Source: Bigelowiella natans CCMP2755 (Eukaryota; Protista; Cercozoa). Taken from it: a DNA stretch of 37,191 nucleotides. The position numbers and the translations under genes were made by a program. Each line of letters begins with the position of its first letter. The stretch's first letter is position 1. Below, in pieces: positions 36,003-37,191 of the stretch. Where the stretch lies: assembly GCA_000320545.1 (NCBI GenBank), contig ADNK01001155.1:1-37191 (forward strand), written 5' to 3'. The notes beneath the pieces were generated by a model. That model searched no databases, was not told where the DNA came from, and saw only the letters and a program-made list of their open reading frames with translations.

Positions 36003-37191
36003 CACAAAACCGTTATCCACAACATCATCACCATCACCGTCATCATCGTTACCTTGCTTAATTCACGGTCCTTCTTCAGCTCATCCTCGTCTATTTGCCG
36101 TACAATTTCCATTCCGATATCATATCACATTCAACGCTTTCATATTAAATATATATAAACCCCGCTAGTCGTTGACATCCTACCTTGCTCACCCTCCTCC
36201 TCCTTGAAGTGAGGGTATTTACTCTTCATTTCTGAGTTTATAGTTTCTTCATCCACTCCTGACGAACGAGCAGCACCAGCAGCAGCAGCAGAGCAAAGCA
36301 ATGGGCAGGAGATAAGGGAGAGAGGATTGGTGGAAAGGACTGCTCAGCAGCGATCATTAGTGACTCCGTTTGTGAAGCGAAGGCTTTTAGCTGTGTGGGA
36401 ACGTTTTGAACGCTAACCTTCCTTCTCACGCCTCATTAGGTAAGAAACCATGGATTCGGAAGCTCTCTAGAGATGGATCATCGATGCATTTTCAAAACAA
36501 CAGCATTAACAACAACAGCAGCCGCAGTAACATCAACAATGAGCAAACCCAATGATGTTTACCCAAGAAAAATTTTGATTGAAACACACGGTGTATTTTG
36601 CAAGAGGGAAGAAGACGACGATGATGGTACCTCTCCTGTCTTAGACGTGGCTGCTCTGCCGCTCGTCTGCTTCAGATCGAAGCTAATGCCTATTCAATAT
36701 CATCATCATTTATCACACGTATTGATGTTTTCGTGAGTATCAGGATTTCGGGCTTTAAAGAACCATCATCAGTCTCCATTGGCAGCCTACACACACATCA
36801 AGTACAAGGTGAATTATTCTCACTTGAGAGTTATCGATGCCGGGGATATTGGGTCGTCGTGTTAATGGCTGCTTCTACCTGTGTTCCTTCAAGTCACTTG
36901 GATCTCGCGGCATATCTGAGAACTAACATGGTTTTCAGAAGAGGAAGAGGAGGAGGGTAAAACGACCAGCAGCATTCTTAATAGATGAACTTACATCCAC
37001 ATATGAATCAATTTACACCAGTAAGCAATTAAGTGTGTTGGGTACTACTAGTATAAATTCTAATCCATTTTCTATTGGTATTCCTCCCTTCTTGTGTTGA
37101 AAGGAAGGGTTGCTCTCCTCTCTTCCTATCCCCCCCCGCTAGCACCTTGAATTTGCCGCCTTCATCGTTATTATCATCCAAGACGTATTCT
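28864..37191 (-). CDS. NHL-repeat (beta-propeller) protein, many exons, 5' end beyond the window
   Basis: Minus-strand exons encode NHL motifs: YIADAANNVIRTV (~33876-33822), GICTGRDGSVYVADTQNHAIRVVTPNG (~32805-32723), GHRDGYAAHARFNTP, GDIAVTAAGTLLIA, MFNHPQAVAVAPDNSLIISD, NSCIRKISPSG, APETARFQVPNGVA, and the terminal SDSGNHVLRRILLDDS* (TGA at 28866-28864). Exon-like segments continue to the window edge; that they all belong to one gene is assumed. Confidence 0.75.
30048..36000. repeat. Dense intronic microsatellites in the NHL gene
   Basis: Examples: (CT)n(GT)n 30048-30112, (CA)n(CG)n 30268-30320, (GA)n 34386-34445, (TA)n 34468-34505, (GAA)n(GGA)n 34839-34907. Confidence 0.9.

Overview
Eukaryotic nuclear DNA, intron-dense and microsatellite-rich. 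A signal peptide + transit peptide presequence suggests an alga with a complex plastid (chlorarachniophyte-like; inference). Left 6.3 kb: two very young, tail-to-tail copies of one Ty3/Gypsy-type LTR retrotransposon family with 326-bp LTRs. Copy 1 (+) is cut by the window edge. Copy 2 (-, 2875-6271, TGCA target-site duplication) is an in-frame deletion derivative lacking RT, RNase H and the integrase core. Both end in a domain resembling a degenerate DIRS/Dam-type N6-adenine methyltransferase. The 1155-bp spacer between them holds only one TpA dinucleotide. It also carries apparent TA->TG/CA-converted versions of the (GCTA)n repeats that mark the DNA downstream of gene 3' ends elsewhere in the window, pointing to a possible TpA-targeted A:T->G:C hypermutation process ('reverse RIP'). 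The rest holds host genes reconstructed by hand from splice sites: SRP receptor beta (-), a ~28-exon plastid-targeted glyoxalase/VOC-fold protein (+), alpha-SNAP (-), a possible small unknown gene (+), a SWR1/p400/PIE1-type remodeller (+) and a 5'-truncated NHL-repeat gene (-). All counts and exon models were read by eye and need computational confirmation.
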